Origin: an uncultured delta proteobacterium
Lineage (GTDB): Bacteria; Myxococcota_A; Polyangia; Polyangiales; Houyiibacteriaceae
Assembly: GCA_963699755.1 (NCBI GenBank)
Contig: CAVOVB010000001.1
Coordinates: 224,001 to 288,000 of the forward strand
Direction of reading: 5' to 3'
Length of the DNA: 64,000 bases
Made by a program: the position numbers and the translations under genes. Positions 17,001 to 25,561 of this stretch are shown one piece after another (position 1 is the first letter of the stretch; the number at the start of each line of letters is the position of its first letter). The notes beneath the pieces were generated by a model. It was not told where the DNA came from, did not search any database, and worked only from the letters and a program-made list of their open reading frames with translations.

Positions 17001-19562
17001 AGTGGAGCGCAGTTGCGCGAAGCCATCACCGTGCTGAACCGCCGACTCGAGTCCGTGCCCGCAGGGGAAGACGTCGTCGTAGACTACTACGTATTGCACG
17101 AGGACGAGCTCGAGGGCCCCGACAAGACTTCCGACGGACTTCGGAGGCTACTGGAGGCGGCACCGCCTACACGTCCGGTTCGGCGAATCATCGTGTCCGT
17201 GACCGGAAGCGAAACCGGGCTCGGTGCCAATGAGCTACAGGCCTTCACGTTTCGTATGAAGGACGGTAGCTTCGAAGAAGAGCTCATCTACCGCGGAATG
17301 CACCCGATGTTGAGCAAGCGGCTCTTTTTGTGGCGCTTGAAGGACCTGAAGACCGAGCGCGTCGAGTCCGCCGAAGACGTCTACCTGTATCGAGTGACCG
17401 GAAAGGACGAGCGCCTCATTTGCCTCGCCGAGGTCCGCGATCTCACACCCGTTCGCGATGGGTCGGGGCGTGTGGTCGCGCTGCCAAGTCTGGAACGCAC
17501 GCTGTCGAAGTGCCTGGTCGAGATCCGGCGCGAGCAGAGCACCCGGCCTCCCAACAAGCGTTACCAGTGGAATCGGGTCCACCTCTTCCTCTGGCCGCCG
17601 CTCGACATCAGCCAAGACGAGATCAACGGCCTCATTCACAAGCTGGCGCCGGAGACGACCGGCCTCGGGCTCGAGCGGATCGTCGTCCAGGGCGACATCC
17701 GCAATCCTACGACCGGCGAGCTCGAGCAGAAGCTCATAGACGTGTCCAACCGGGGACGCAGCGGGCTCCAGATCCGCCTACGCGAGCTTCCGACCCAGCC
17801 CATGCGACCGCGGAGCGCATACGAGCAGACCGTGGTCCGCTTGCGTCAGCGCGGTCTGACGCACCCGTACGAGATCATCGCCATGCTCACGCCGGGTGAG
17901 GACAGCGCGGTCCAGTCGGATTTCCCGCGCGGCCTGTTCCAAGAGCTCGATATGAACGAGGCCAACGAGCTCGTGCCTGTGGACCGACCGCCGGGCAGCA
18001 ACGAGGCCAACATCATCGTCGGACTGATCACGAGCTATACGGACAAGTATCCCGAGGGCATGACTCGCGTCGCACTCTTGGGCGATCCGAGCCGGGACAT
18101 GGGGGCCTTGGCCGAACCTGAATGTCGACGGATCATCGCGGCCCTCGACCTCGCAGAGCAAATGCATGTGCCACTCGAGTGGTACGCAGTTTCCGCTGGA
18201 GCGAAGATCTCCATGGAGAGCGGTACCGAGAACATGGACTGGATCTCCGCCGTCCTGCGAAGACTGATCGAGTTCACACAAGCCGGGCTCGAGGTCAACG
18301 TGCTGGTCTGCGGCATCAATGTGGGTGCCCAGCCGTACTGGAACGCCGAAGCGACAATGCTGATGCACACCAAGGGCATCCTGGTGATGTGTCCCGGCAG
18401 CGCGATGGTGCTCACGGGCAAGCATGCGCTTGACTACTCGGGCGGCGTCTCGGCCGAAGACAACACGGGCATCGGCGGCTACGACCGAGTAATGGGTCCG
18501 AACGGCCAGGCGCAGTACGCCGCGCGCGACCTTGCGGATGCGTGTCACATCTTGCTTCGGCACTACGAGCACAGCTACGTGATGCCCGGCGAGCGCTTCC
18601 CCCGGCGCCTGGCCACCAGAGATGCCATCGACCGCGATGTCTGCGATTCGCCGCACGGTCGCATTGGCGCATCGAGCTTCGCAACCGTGGGCGAGGTCTT
18701 CAACCCAGAAACCAATCCGGGACGGAAGCGACCGTTCGACATTCGCAAGGTCATGCGCGCGGCCACCGACCAGGACCACGAGGTGCTCGAGCGCTGGTAT
18801 GGGATGCGCGACGCCGAGACAGCGGTGGTCTGGGACGCACACGTCGGTGGCTATCCGGTCTGCATGATCGGCCTCGAGTCACAGCCCCTGTCGCGGCTCG
18901 GTTTCGTGCCCGCGGACGGGCCTACGGTCTGGACGGCGGGCACCTTGTTTCCGATGTCGTCGAAGAAGGTCGCCCGAGCGATCAACGCTGCAAGCAACAA
19001 CCGCCCGGTTGTCGTGCTGGCAAATCTTTCCGGCTTCGACGGCTCGCCTGAATCGTTGAGGCTGCTGCAGCTCGAGTACGGCGCCGAGATTGGCCGCGCG
19101 GTGGTCAACTTCAAGGGGCCCATGGTGTTCCTGGTCATCTCTCGCTATCACGGCGGGGCGTTCGTCGTGTTCTCCAACAAGCTCAATCCCTCCTTGGAGG
19201 TGTCGGCTCTCGAAGACACCTACGCATCGGTGATCGGTGGCGCACCCGCAGCAGCCGTGGTCTTCGCAGGGGACGTTCGCAAACGAACCCTCTCAGACGA
19301 ACGAATCATCGCGCTTCAGCAACGGCTCGACGCGGCCCAAGGCGCCGAACGCCTGGTTTTGGGTGACCGACTCACGAAGATGCAGAAGGTGGTCCATTCG
19401 GAGAAGCTTCGGGAGGTCGCCGAGGAGTTTGACAGCGTCCATAGTGTGCATCGCGCGCTCGAGGTGGGTTCGGTTCACAAGATCATCCCGGCGAGCACAC
19501 TGCGACCGTACCTCGTGGATGCGATCGAACGCGGAATCCGACGCGAGCTGGCCGAGGGATGA
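14001..19562 (+). CDS. Single-chain biotin-dependent acyl-CoA (acetyl-CoA) carboxylase: BC-BCCP-central region-CT
   Basis: BC: IINRGE, WPGWGFVAE, KATAGGGGRG, RDCTIQRRNQK, EVNARLQVEH. BCCP: LEAMKME. CT: AVSAGAKI, NLSGFDGS, YHGGAFVV. About 600 aa separate BCCP from CT. Confidence 0.92.
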   Translation: MGNSSFERVAIINRGEPAMRFIIAAREYEQEHGERLHTIALYTDPDRRGMFVREADEAYSLGPATYLADGGYHKSSYLDYARLERALIETRAEAVWPGWGFVAEHAAFADLCERLGIVFIGPTGDMMRKLGDKITSKQIAEGAEVPVAPWSGGEVATLDDARLHAGRLGYPLMIKATAGGGGRGIRRVQSESELADAFQSARSEAEKAFGNGAVFLERMVTGARHVEVQVIADDEGTAWALGVRDCTIQRRNQKILEETPSPVLTPEQQLELEQAAVRLTQAIGYRNAGTVEFLYHKGTKQFSFMEVNARLQVEHPVSEMVTGADLVKLQIHVARGGRLDAQPPTKRGHAIEARLNAEDPEDNFAPSPGLIEQLRLVSGPGLRVDTGIAEGDQIPSEFDSMIAKIIAHGRNRDEAMARLRRALLESEVVIRGGTSNKGFLLGLIDNPAVVCSEVDVGWVDRLVAEGKHLPREGAEIALLQAAIETYGAELEVERAQFYSSAARGRPKVEDRHGHAMELTYAGNTYELTVYRLGARRYRIDVDGQRVEALVDRFEGAERRLRVGEQNFRIQSVDQGLSVRVEVDGVPHRISRDRGGLVRAPSPAVVVNVLVSEGQDVNVGDGLVVLEAMKMEMVIGAKFAGRVREVMVTNNVQLAVGAPMLLIEPRGGEQRSATSERLEFSDLVESRDSNWSASRHNLRELRRLIMGFDADRIELSREMGGGETLSADAAPDDPERIAYEDETLEIFVDLTSLFRRHSQDEDGSEDFGKHTAEEYLFTFLRDLVVHREEDLPQSFVTKLRRALGHYGITEIRRNAELQGVLFRICKGNNRVDEQIAPILSLLQNRLDHVGLLRERASDEFRAIVSRLIVETQDRYPAVHDLARELQYHYFERPIQEEVASRALKRAEEILSGLPIEAGAADKAARVAELVAIPHPLKGFMSRRLAQASRDERWLMLEALARRYYKMSELHDFELQSEAGIDVSSCWYEYEGQRIHFLATHVSGAQLREAITVLNRRLESVPAGEDVVVDYYVLHEDELEGPDKTSDGLRRLLEAAPPTRPVRRIIVSVTGSETGLGANELQAFTFRMKDGSFEEELIYRGMHPMLSKRLFLWRLKDLKTERVESAEDVYLYRVTGKDERLICLAEVRDLTPVRDGSGRVVALPSLERTLSKCLVEIRREQSTRPPNKRYQWNRVHLFLWPPLDISQDEINGLIHKLAPETTGLGLERIVVQGDIRNPTTGELEQKLIDVSNRGRSGLQIRLRELPTQPMRPRSAYEQTVVRLRQRGLTHPYEIIAMLTPGEDSAVQSDFPRGLFQELDMNEANELVPVDRPPGSNEANIIVGLITSYTDKYPEGMTRVALLGDPSRDMGALAEPECRRIIAALDLAEQMHVPLEWYAVSAGAKISMESGTENMDWISAVLRRLIEFTQAGLEVNVLVCGINVGAQPYWNAEATMLMHTKGILVMCPGSAMVLTGKHALDYSGGVSAEDNTGIGGYDRVMGPNGQAQYAARDLADACHILLRHYEHSYVMPGERFPRRLATRDAIDRDVCDSPHGRIGASSFATVGEVFNPETNPGRKRPFDIRKVMRAATDQDHEVLERWYGMRDAETAVVWDAHVGGYPVCMIGLESQPLSRLGFVPADGPTVWTAGTLFPMSSKKVARAINAASNNRPVVVLANLSGFDGSPESLRLLQLEYGAEIGRAVVNFKGPMVFLVISRYHGGAFVVFSNKLNPSLEVSALEDTYASVIGGAPAAAVVFAGDVRKRTLSDERIIALQQRLDAAQGAERLVLGDRLTKMQKVVHSEKLREVAEEFDSVHSVHRALEVGSVHKIIPASTLRPYLVDAIERGIRRELAEG

Positions 19563-20260
19563 CGATACGCTGGCTGCTCCTTCCAAGCTCTGACTTGCCC
19601 GAGGGAGACGCCTGGCTCGCCGCGAGTGAGCGGGAGGTCTTGGCCGGACTTCGCTTTCCGAAGCGGCGTTCAGAGTGGAGGCTCGGGCGCTTTGCGGCCA
19701 AGAAGGCCCTTGCCTCCTGGACGGGGATCGACGCCCTCGATCGAATTCAGGTCATCGGCGCCGAGGACGGCGCCCCGGAGGCATTCATCGACGGAAAGAA
19801 GATCGAGTCGGGCATCTCGATCAGCCATCGCGAGGGGCTGGCTGCCTGCGTCATTGCGTCACACACGAGCGTCGGTTGTGATCTCGAGGTCATCGAGCGG
19901 CGAACATCCCGTTTCGTGAATGACTTCTTCACCGATCGCGAGCGCACAGAGGTTCATACGACGCAAGATGCCCTACGCGATCGTCTCGTCGCCCTCACCT
20001 GGAGCGCCAAGGAGAGCGCACTCAAAGCCCTGCGCGTAGGGCTACGCCGCGATACCCGCAGCGTCGAGGTCGAGATCGATGACCTCGAGACCACTGAACC
20101 AGGTTGGCATCCCCTGCGGACCAGAGTCAGCCCGGAAGGTTTCACTTTCCGAGGCTGGTGGCGCCAAGAGGAGGGCATCGTTTTCAGCGTCGTTCTTCCT
20201 TCCACGGCCAGAATCGCGTTTGCCGGTCCTCACTCTCTTGTGGCCATCAGGACTTCGTGA
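19559..20260 (+). CDS. 4'-phosphopantetheinyl transferase (Sfp-type)
   Basis: GAP, ISISH, VGCDLE, WSAKESALKA; ATGA overlap with the carboxylase stop. Confidence 0.9.
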   Translation: MTIRWLLLPSSDLPEGDAWLAASEREVLAGLRFPKRRSEWRLGRFAAKKALASWTGIDALDRIQVIGAEDGAPEAFIDGKKIESGISISHREGLAACVIASHTSVGCDLEVIERRTSRFVNDFFTDRERTEVHTTQDALRDRLVALTWSAKESALKALRVGLRRDTRSVEVEIDDLETTEPGWHPLRTRVSPEGFTFRGWWRQEEGIVFSVVLPSTARIAFAGPHSLVAIRTS

Positions 20261-20522
20261 ACCAGCCGCGGAGACGGCTCAGGAGACCGCCCTTCTCTTT
20301 CGCGATCTGGTTTTGGATCTTCCCGAGCGTTCTCGACGAGGTTTCGAGCGGATCGAAGCTCGAGGCAAGGGCGGCGATCGAATCCTGGAAGTCTCTGATG
20401 ACCTCTACGAGACTCGGGTCTGCTGCGAGGAGCGCCTCGAGCTCTTTCTCGTCGTCTTCGGTTGCCGCACCGGCCGCATGGAGCGCCGCCAGAAGCTCTG
20501 CTCGTTCTTGTTGTTCGTTCAT
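20247..20522 (-). CDS. Small putative anti-sigma factor (RskA N-terminal-like, no TM or periplasmic part)
   Basis: Translationally coupled to the ECF sigma gene. ELLAALHAAGA..E..ELEALL resembles the anti-sigma-K N-domain. Confidence 0.55.
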   Translation of the reverse strand: MNEQQERAELLAALHAAGAATEDDEKELEALLAADPSLVEVIRDFQDSIAALASSFDPLETSSRTLGKIQNQIAKEKGGLLSRLRGWFTKS

Positions 20523-21103
20523 GTCTTCATCGCCCGGTGAATGATGGGGAGCGTGCTGCGCAAGGAGCGCATTCCCGCTAGAATTCTCGATTTGACCGTA
20601 CCGACCGGGAGCTTGAGCACTTCGGCGATCTGCCCGTGTGACATCCCTTGGAAGTACGACAGCTCGAGGACGGCGCGCTGCTCGGCGTCCAGGCGTTGAA
20701 AGGCTTGCCGCAGGGCCTGATGCCAGCGCGTCGACGAGGCCATCAGGTCGGGACGCTTTCGTTCGGTCATCAGTGCGTCCCCCTCGCTGTACTGGAACTG
20801 CCGATCGCCATGGCGGCGTCTACGGGCGCGGATCGCATCGAGTGCTCGGCTTCGCGCCACGGTCACGACCCAGGCAATGACACTCCCTCGCGAGCAGTCG
20901 AACTGTGGCGCCCGCCGCCAGAGCTCCACGAAGACCTCCTGCAAGAGCTCCTCGGCCTCCGCGGGGGAGCTGAGCATCTTCGTCAGGAGCGCGAGCACGG
21001 TGCTGGAGTACTGCGTGTAGAAGGCGCTCAACGCCGGACCCGAATCGCCTGCGGCCATGGCGGCGACGAGATCTTCGGAGCTTGTGGGTCGAGCTTCAGT
21101 CAC
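20519..21103 (-). CDS. ECF RNA polymerase sigma factor (SigK-like)
   Basis: AEELLQEVFVELWRRA, WVVTVARSRALD, LSYFQGMSHGQIAEVLKLPVGTVKSRI. Confidence 0.92.
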   Translation of the reverse strand: MTEARPTSSEDLVAAMAAGDSGPALSAFYTQYSSTVLALLTKMLSSPAEAEELLQEVFVELWRRAPQFDCSRGSVIAWVVTVARSRALDAIRARRRRHGDRQFQYSEGDALMTERKRPDLMASSTRWHQALRQAFQRLDAEQRAVLELSYFQGMSHGQIAEVLKLPVGTVKSRILAGMRSLRSTLPIIHRAMKT

Positions 21104-22710
21104 GATGCATCCGTGAAGGCCGGCGCGGCCTGAATCGTTCCAAGGCTGCCAAACTCTGCATCGAGCTCACGATGGAGCATGATTTCATCACCGATCGTGT
21201 CCCACCACTGCGCGGCCTGTTCCTGTGACCAGCGCTCGATAGGCAAGGCCTGAAGCCGCTCGGCGATTTCGGCCCCGGACGCCGGCCGGTCGGCAGCCTT
21301 CTTTTCCAGGCATTCCATGATGATGCGTTCGAGATCCTGATTCAGCTGACGCCCTGACGTCAACGACGGCGGCTCCGGCGCGGTGCTCAAGTGCTGAGCG
21401 CAAATCTCGATCGCGTTGGTCCCTTCGAAGACGAAGCGGCCCGTGAGCAAGAAATAGCCGACCGCCCCCAAGGCGTAGAGATCAGAACGCGCGTCGATCG
21501 AAGGTGGGTCGAGGATCTGCTCCGGGCTCATGAATCGCGGCGTTCCGATGATCGCTTCGGTCCAAGTCTTCGTGGCGTCGACGTTGCTCTCCACGTTCTT
21601 CACCAAGCCAAAGTCGAGCACCTTGGTGACGTCGTGGACACCCCCCTGCTGGGTCAGCATGATGTTGTTGGGTTTGATGTCCCTGTGTACTAGGCCCATC
21701 GAATGAGCCTCGTTCAACGCCATGGCACACTGCCGAAGGACGTGAACCACTCTCGACTCTGGCAAGGGGCCCTCGGTGCGCACGACGTCTACAAGGGTCA
21801 CGCCTTCGAGCAGCTCCATCGCGTAGTAGAAGGTCCCGTCTTCGGTTCGTCCATAGTCGTAGATCGTGACCGTGTTGGGATGCCTCAGCTTCGCGGTCAT
21901 CTGCACCTCGCGACGAAAGCGTTCGAGATCTTCCGGCGCGTTGAGCGCGGGGCTCAAGAGCTTGATGGCAGTTGGTCGCTTGAGCATCCCATGCTGCGCG
22001 CGGTATACCGTGCCCATCCCCCCCTCGCCGAGCTTTTCTTCGACGATGTACTGCCCGAGCTTCTTTGCATCGCGCACGTCTTTGCGAAGGCCGTAAATCA
22101 CGCGAGTCGCCCACGCTGCCAGCAAGGTGGTCAGCGCCCATGCAAAGCCGATCTGAATCGACTGGCTTCGCGCCAAGGTGCTTGGTTCTTCGATCTTCCG
22201 GAAAAACCCGTGGCTGTTCCAGACCTCGAGGTCGACCCTGAGGAAGTTGAGATAGACGGCAATCACGAGAGGAATTCCGATCGCAAAGCCGAGCCAAGCG
22301 GTGTGCCTCGCAGTGCTGGGAACGAAAATCGCCCGCGCGATCAAACCAAAGGACAAAGCGTACGCCGTGGTCGTCGCAGCCCCCGCCGCGGCTGGCAGAT
22401 AAGCACCCATGACGACCAGACCCACACTCGTCAGGACCAGCCCGATACCTTCGACGATTTGAATCCTTCTCGTGTCGAGCGGACGCGAGCGACAAATGAG
22501 CCAAACGCAGGTAACCGGGAGCCACGCGGCTGCATGCGCCAGAAACGAAGCATGCACCAGCTCTCCGCGTAGATACCCGAACGCAGCGCCGAGAATGATG
22601 CGACTGATGAGGCCGAGGAAGAGGATCACCGCCACGGCGAAACCGAACGCAGCGACACGTTGCTGCAAGAACTCCCGGCTACCGCTGGTCTGGCTCACTC
22701 CGGTGGTCAC
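21100..22710 (-). CDS. Membrane Ser/Thr protein kinase (about 6 N-terminal TM helices, C-terminal Hanks kinase)
   Basis: LGEGGMGTVY, AIKLL, HRDIKPNN, VLDFG, GTPRFMSPE, SDLYALG. Start moved to GTG 22710 (upstream GGCGAGG); start uncertain. Confidence 0.9.
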   Translation of the reverse strand: MTTGVSQTSGSREFLQQRVAAFGFAVAVILFLGLISRIILGAAFGYLRGELVHASFLAHAAAWLPVTCVWLICRSRPLDTRRIQIVEGIGLVLTSVGLVVMGAYLPAAAGAATTTAYALSFGLIARAIFVPSTARHTAWLGFAIGIPLVIAVYLNFLRVDLEVWNSHGFFRKIEEPSTLARSQSIQIGFAWALTTLLAAWATRVIYGLRKDVRDAKKLGQYIVEEKLGEGGMGTVYRAQHGMLKRPTAIKLLSPALNAPEDLERFRREVQMTAKLRHPNTVTIYDYGRTEDGTFYYAMELLEGVTLVDVVRTEGPLPESRVVHVLRQCAMALNEAHSMGLVHRDIKPNNIMLTQQGGVHDVTKVLDFGLVKNVESNVDATKTWTEAIIGTPRFMSPEQILDPPSIDARSDLYALGAVGYFLLTGRFVFEGTNAIEICAQHLSTAPEPPSLTSGRQLNQDLERIIMECLEKKAADRPASGAEIAERLQALPIERWSQEQAAQWWDTIGDEIMLHRELDAEFGSLGTIQAAPAFTDAS

Positions 22711-22843
22711 ACAACCTCGCCCCCAATAGTGCGTCGGGCAGCGTATTTCGCCAAGAGATGATCGACCGCCTCTCTGCTGTTGGCTCTTGCGCTTGCCTGC
22801 GGGCGCTAGATCCGCGCGAGCGGACCCGGGACAAGTAGCCCTC

Positions 22844-25561
22844 TCAGTTGCAGTCTCCGGGGCCGTCTTCTCGGCTGCCGACGTCGGGACTGCTCCCGTT
22901 GAAATCACCGGGGGCATCGCCGTTGAGATCATAGGAGATCAGGTCGTCACCACCGTCTATCAGCGTCGACGCGCCAAGGCAGTAGAGGTCTGGGTCGCCA
23001 GCCGCCGTGCTCGTGTAGAGCGGGTCGACGCTGTACTCCCAGAACGACGGCGACGGAAGGCATCCGCAGGCGAGGCACTTGTCGCCGCCACAGGAGCCAC
23101 CGCTGTTGTCGAAGTCGTTGTTGCCGTAGGCCGGTCCTGCTGAGAGCGGCGCGGTGCACGCCGCGCTGGTGTCGAAGGTGACGACCTTGGGACCGTTGTA
23201 CCCGAACTCCGCGTTGCCGGTGACGTTGTTGTTCCGAAGACAGACATTGAAAGAGTCGTCTCCATAGAACTCGAGACCCGAGCCGCCGTTGTCAGCGATG
23301 GTGTTGTGATCGATGATTGGATCCGTCGCCTTGCGAATTTGTATGCCGTCCATGGCGTTGAGCGCAACCGTATTTCCAGCGACGACGGAACCGATCGTAT
23401 CCCGTACGATGATCGCTCCAACTTCATTGCCTTGTGCGTTCGTCCCACCGGTGATGATGTTGTCCAAGATCTGAGCGCTGTCACCGCCATCGATGTAAAT
23501 CCCGCGGCGCTCGAATCCTTCGAAGACACAATTCCGCACGGTGTTGTTGTCGGCGGTAATCACGACGATGTCCTCGGCGTTCAAGACATTGACGACGTGC
23601 ACGCCATCGATCACGTTGTTCGGTGTCTTGAGCTCGAAAACCAGGCGATTGCCGCCTGAGTTGACCGTCAGAGTCGCGCCTGCAACCTGCCGGATGGTGA
23701 GGCCACCGGTGGGGTCGTTGATAGACGGAGCACCCGTGGTCATGGTGAAGTCGTTTAGGACGATGTAATCGTCGCCAGGGTTGTCGTTGGCCGCATTGAT
23801 CGCTGCCGCGTACTCGAGCTCGCTGCTCGCCTCCAGGCACTCGGACCCGCTGTCGGCCGGATCGGTTCCACAGAAGGTCTCGAAGCAATCGACATGAGGT
23901 CCGCCGTCGGAATTCGTCGTACAATCGAGGTCGCAGGTCGGAACGGCGTCATCGCAGTCGCTGTCGACGCAGTAGCCGTCTGCGTCGACATCGGTACAAA
24001 CCGAGGCGCAAAGCGGCTTGTCATCATCGCAGTCGCCTAGGGCACAGGTGCCATCCGCATCGGCGTCCAATCCGTCGTTGTTGGGATCGAAAGCTGCTAC
24101 GGCACAGTCATCACAGCCGTCGCCATCGGTGTCCGCGCAGACCGAGCCGTTTCCATCGTTCGAGTCCGTCGTCGTATCGACGCAGCCCACGTTGCCCATG
24201 GTTCCGTCGCCCAGGCCGTCGCCATCGGCGTCCACGCAGTCATCCCCACTGTCGCAGATACCGTCCGCGTCCTCGTCTACCCCATCGTTGAGTGGATCGA
24301 AAAAGCCCGTGCTGCAGTCGTCACAACCGTCGCCATCCGTGTCCGCGCAGATGGTGGCCACGCCGACGTTCGAATCGCTCGTCGCGCTCGCACAGCCCAC
24401 GTTGCCCCCGGTGCCATCACCCAGGCCATCGCCATCCGCATCTACGCAAACGTCGCCGGCGTCACAAATTCCATCCCCATCGCCGTCAGTTCCGTCGTCG
24501 CTCGGATCGAAGGTGCCACTTGTGCAGTCATCACAGCTGTCACCATCGGTGTCCGCGCAGACCGTACCGTCCCCATCGTTCGAGTCGCTGGTCGTATCGA
24601 CGCAGCCTGCGTTGCCAAGAGTCCCGTTCCCCAAGCCGTCACCATCGCCATCGACGCAGACGTCTCCGGCGTCACAGATACCATCCTCGTCGCTGTCTAC
24701 GCCGTCGTCGAGCGGGTCGAAAGAGCCGCTGCTGCAATCATCACAGCTGTCGCCATCCGTGTCGGCGCATACCATGGGGTCGCCAAGGTTCGAGTCCGTC
24801 GTCGGGTTCAGGCAGCCTGCGTTGCTCTGGGTCCCATCACCCAGGCCATCGCCATCCGTGTCGACGCAGGCGTCCCCGGCGTCGCAAATCCCGTCGCCGT
24901 CGGCGTCCGTGCCGTCGTCCAGCGGATCAAAAGAGCCGCTGCTGCAATCGTCGCAGCCATCGCCATCGGTGTCCGCACAGACCCGCTCGTCGTCATCGTT
25001 GGAATCGGTCGTCGCGTTGACGCAGCCGACGTTCTCACGTGTGCCGTCACCCAAGCCGTCGGCATCCAGGTCTACGCAGTCCCCACTGGGACCGCTGCAC
25101 TCGCCGGTTTCAATCGAGCATTGTTGGTTCGCGAAGCAAGCCGCTCCGGAGAATGCGCCCAGCTCGACGGACTGAGGGTCGGGGCTCCCGGCCTCGATCG
25201 TCACAGAATTGCAACCCGCACCCACGACGGCGCAATTTGAATCCTGCGCAACGGCGTAGAGCCCATATTGGCCAGGTTCGGGAATGCCGATCGCCGGACC
25301 TGCACTCCCATCGCGCAGCACGAACATGGAATCCATCGCATCCTCGGGTCGATCACCCATCACGACCGAAACACAGGAACTGACCAGGTATACCTCGACG
25401 CGCACCGCTTCATCCCGCGCGGCTCGTGGCACTCCCGGCGCAAAGGTCACGTCCACACTGAGCCCTGCGGCGCCCGGCTCGCCGCCGCAGCCACCTGCGA
25501 GCAAGACGAGCATGCCGAATGCAGCGGTCAGGGAGCCTAGTCTGTGGATGACGCGGGTCAC
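22844..25561 (-). CDS. Lipoprotein with Asp/Cys-rich (TSP3-like) repeats and C-terminal right-handed beta-helix
   Basis: Lipobox LLAGGC; DxDGDG repeats; parallel beta-helix motifs (NNTVRNCVFEG, VAGNTVALN, IDHNTIADN). Confidence 0.8.
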   Translation of the reverse strand: MTRVIHRLGSLTAAFGMLVLLAGGCGGEPGAAGLSVDVTFAPGVPRAARDEAVRVEVYLVSSCVSVVMGDRPEDAMDSMFVLRDGSAGPAIGIPEPGQYGLYAVAQDSNCAVVGAGCNSVTIEAGSPDPQSVELGAFSGAACFANQQCSIETGECSGPSGDCVDLDADGLGDGTRENVGCVNATTDSNDDDERVCADTDGDGCDDCSSGSFDPLDDGTDADGDGICDAGDACVDTDGDGLGDGTQSNAGCLNPTTDSNLGDPMVCADTDGDSCDDCSSGSFDPLDDGVDSDEDGICDAGDVCVDGDGDGLGNGTLGNAGCVDTTSDSNDGDGTVCADTDGDSCDDCTSGTFDPSDDGTDGDGDGICDAGDVCVDADGDGLGDGTGGNVGCASATSDSNVGVATICADTDGDGCDDCSTGFFDPLNDGVDEDADGICDSGDDCVDADGDGLGDGTMGNVGCVDTTTDSNDGNGSVCADTDGDGCDDCAVAAFDPNNDGLDADADGTCALGDCDDDKPLCASVCTDVDADGYCVDSDCDDAVPTCDLDCTTNSDGGPHVDCFETFCGTDPADSGSECLEASSELEYAAAINAANDNPGDDYIVLNDFTMTTGAPSINDPTGGLTIRQVAGATLTVNSGGNRLVFELKTPNNVIDGVHVVNVLNAEDIVVITADNNTVRNCVFEGFERRGIYIDGGDSAQILDNIITGGTNAQGNEVGAIIVRDTIGSVVAGNTVALNAMDGIQIRKATDPIIDHNTIADNGGSGLEFYGDDSFNVCLRNNNVTGNAEFGYNGPKVVTFDTSAACTAPLSAGPAYGNNDFDNSGGSCGGDKCLACGCLPSPSFWEYSVDPLYTSTAAGDPDLYCLGASTLIDGGDDLISYDLNGDAPGDFNGSSPDVGSREDGPGDCN
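24030..25078 (-). repeat. Five imperfect 210-bp (70-aa) tandem repeats inside the lipoprotein gene
   Basis: Unit CVDxDGDGLGDGT..N.GC...T.DSN....CADTDGD.CDDC..G.FDP..DG.D.DGDGICD.GD. Confidence 0.88.
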
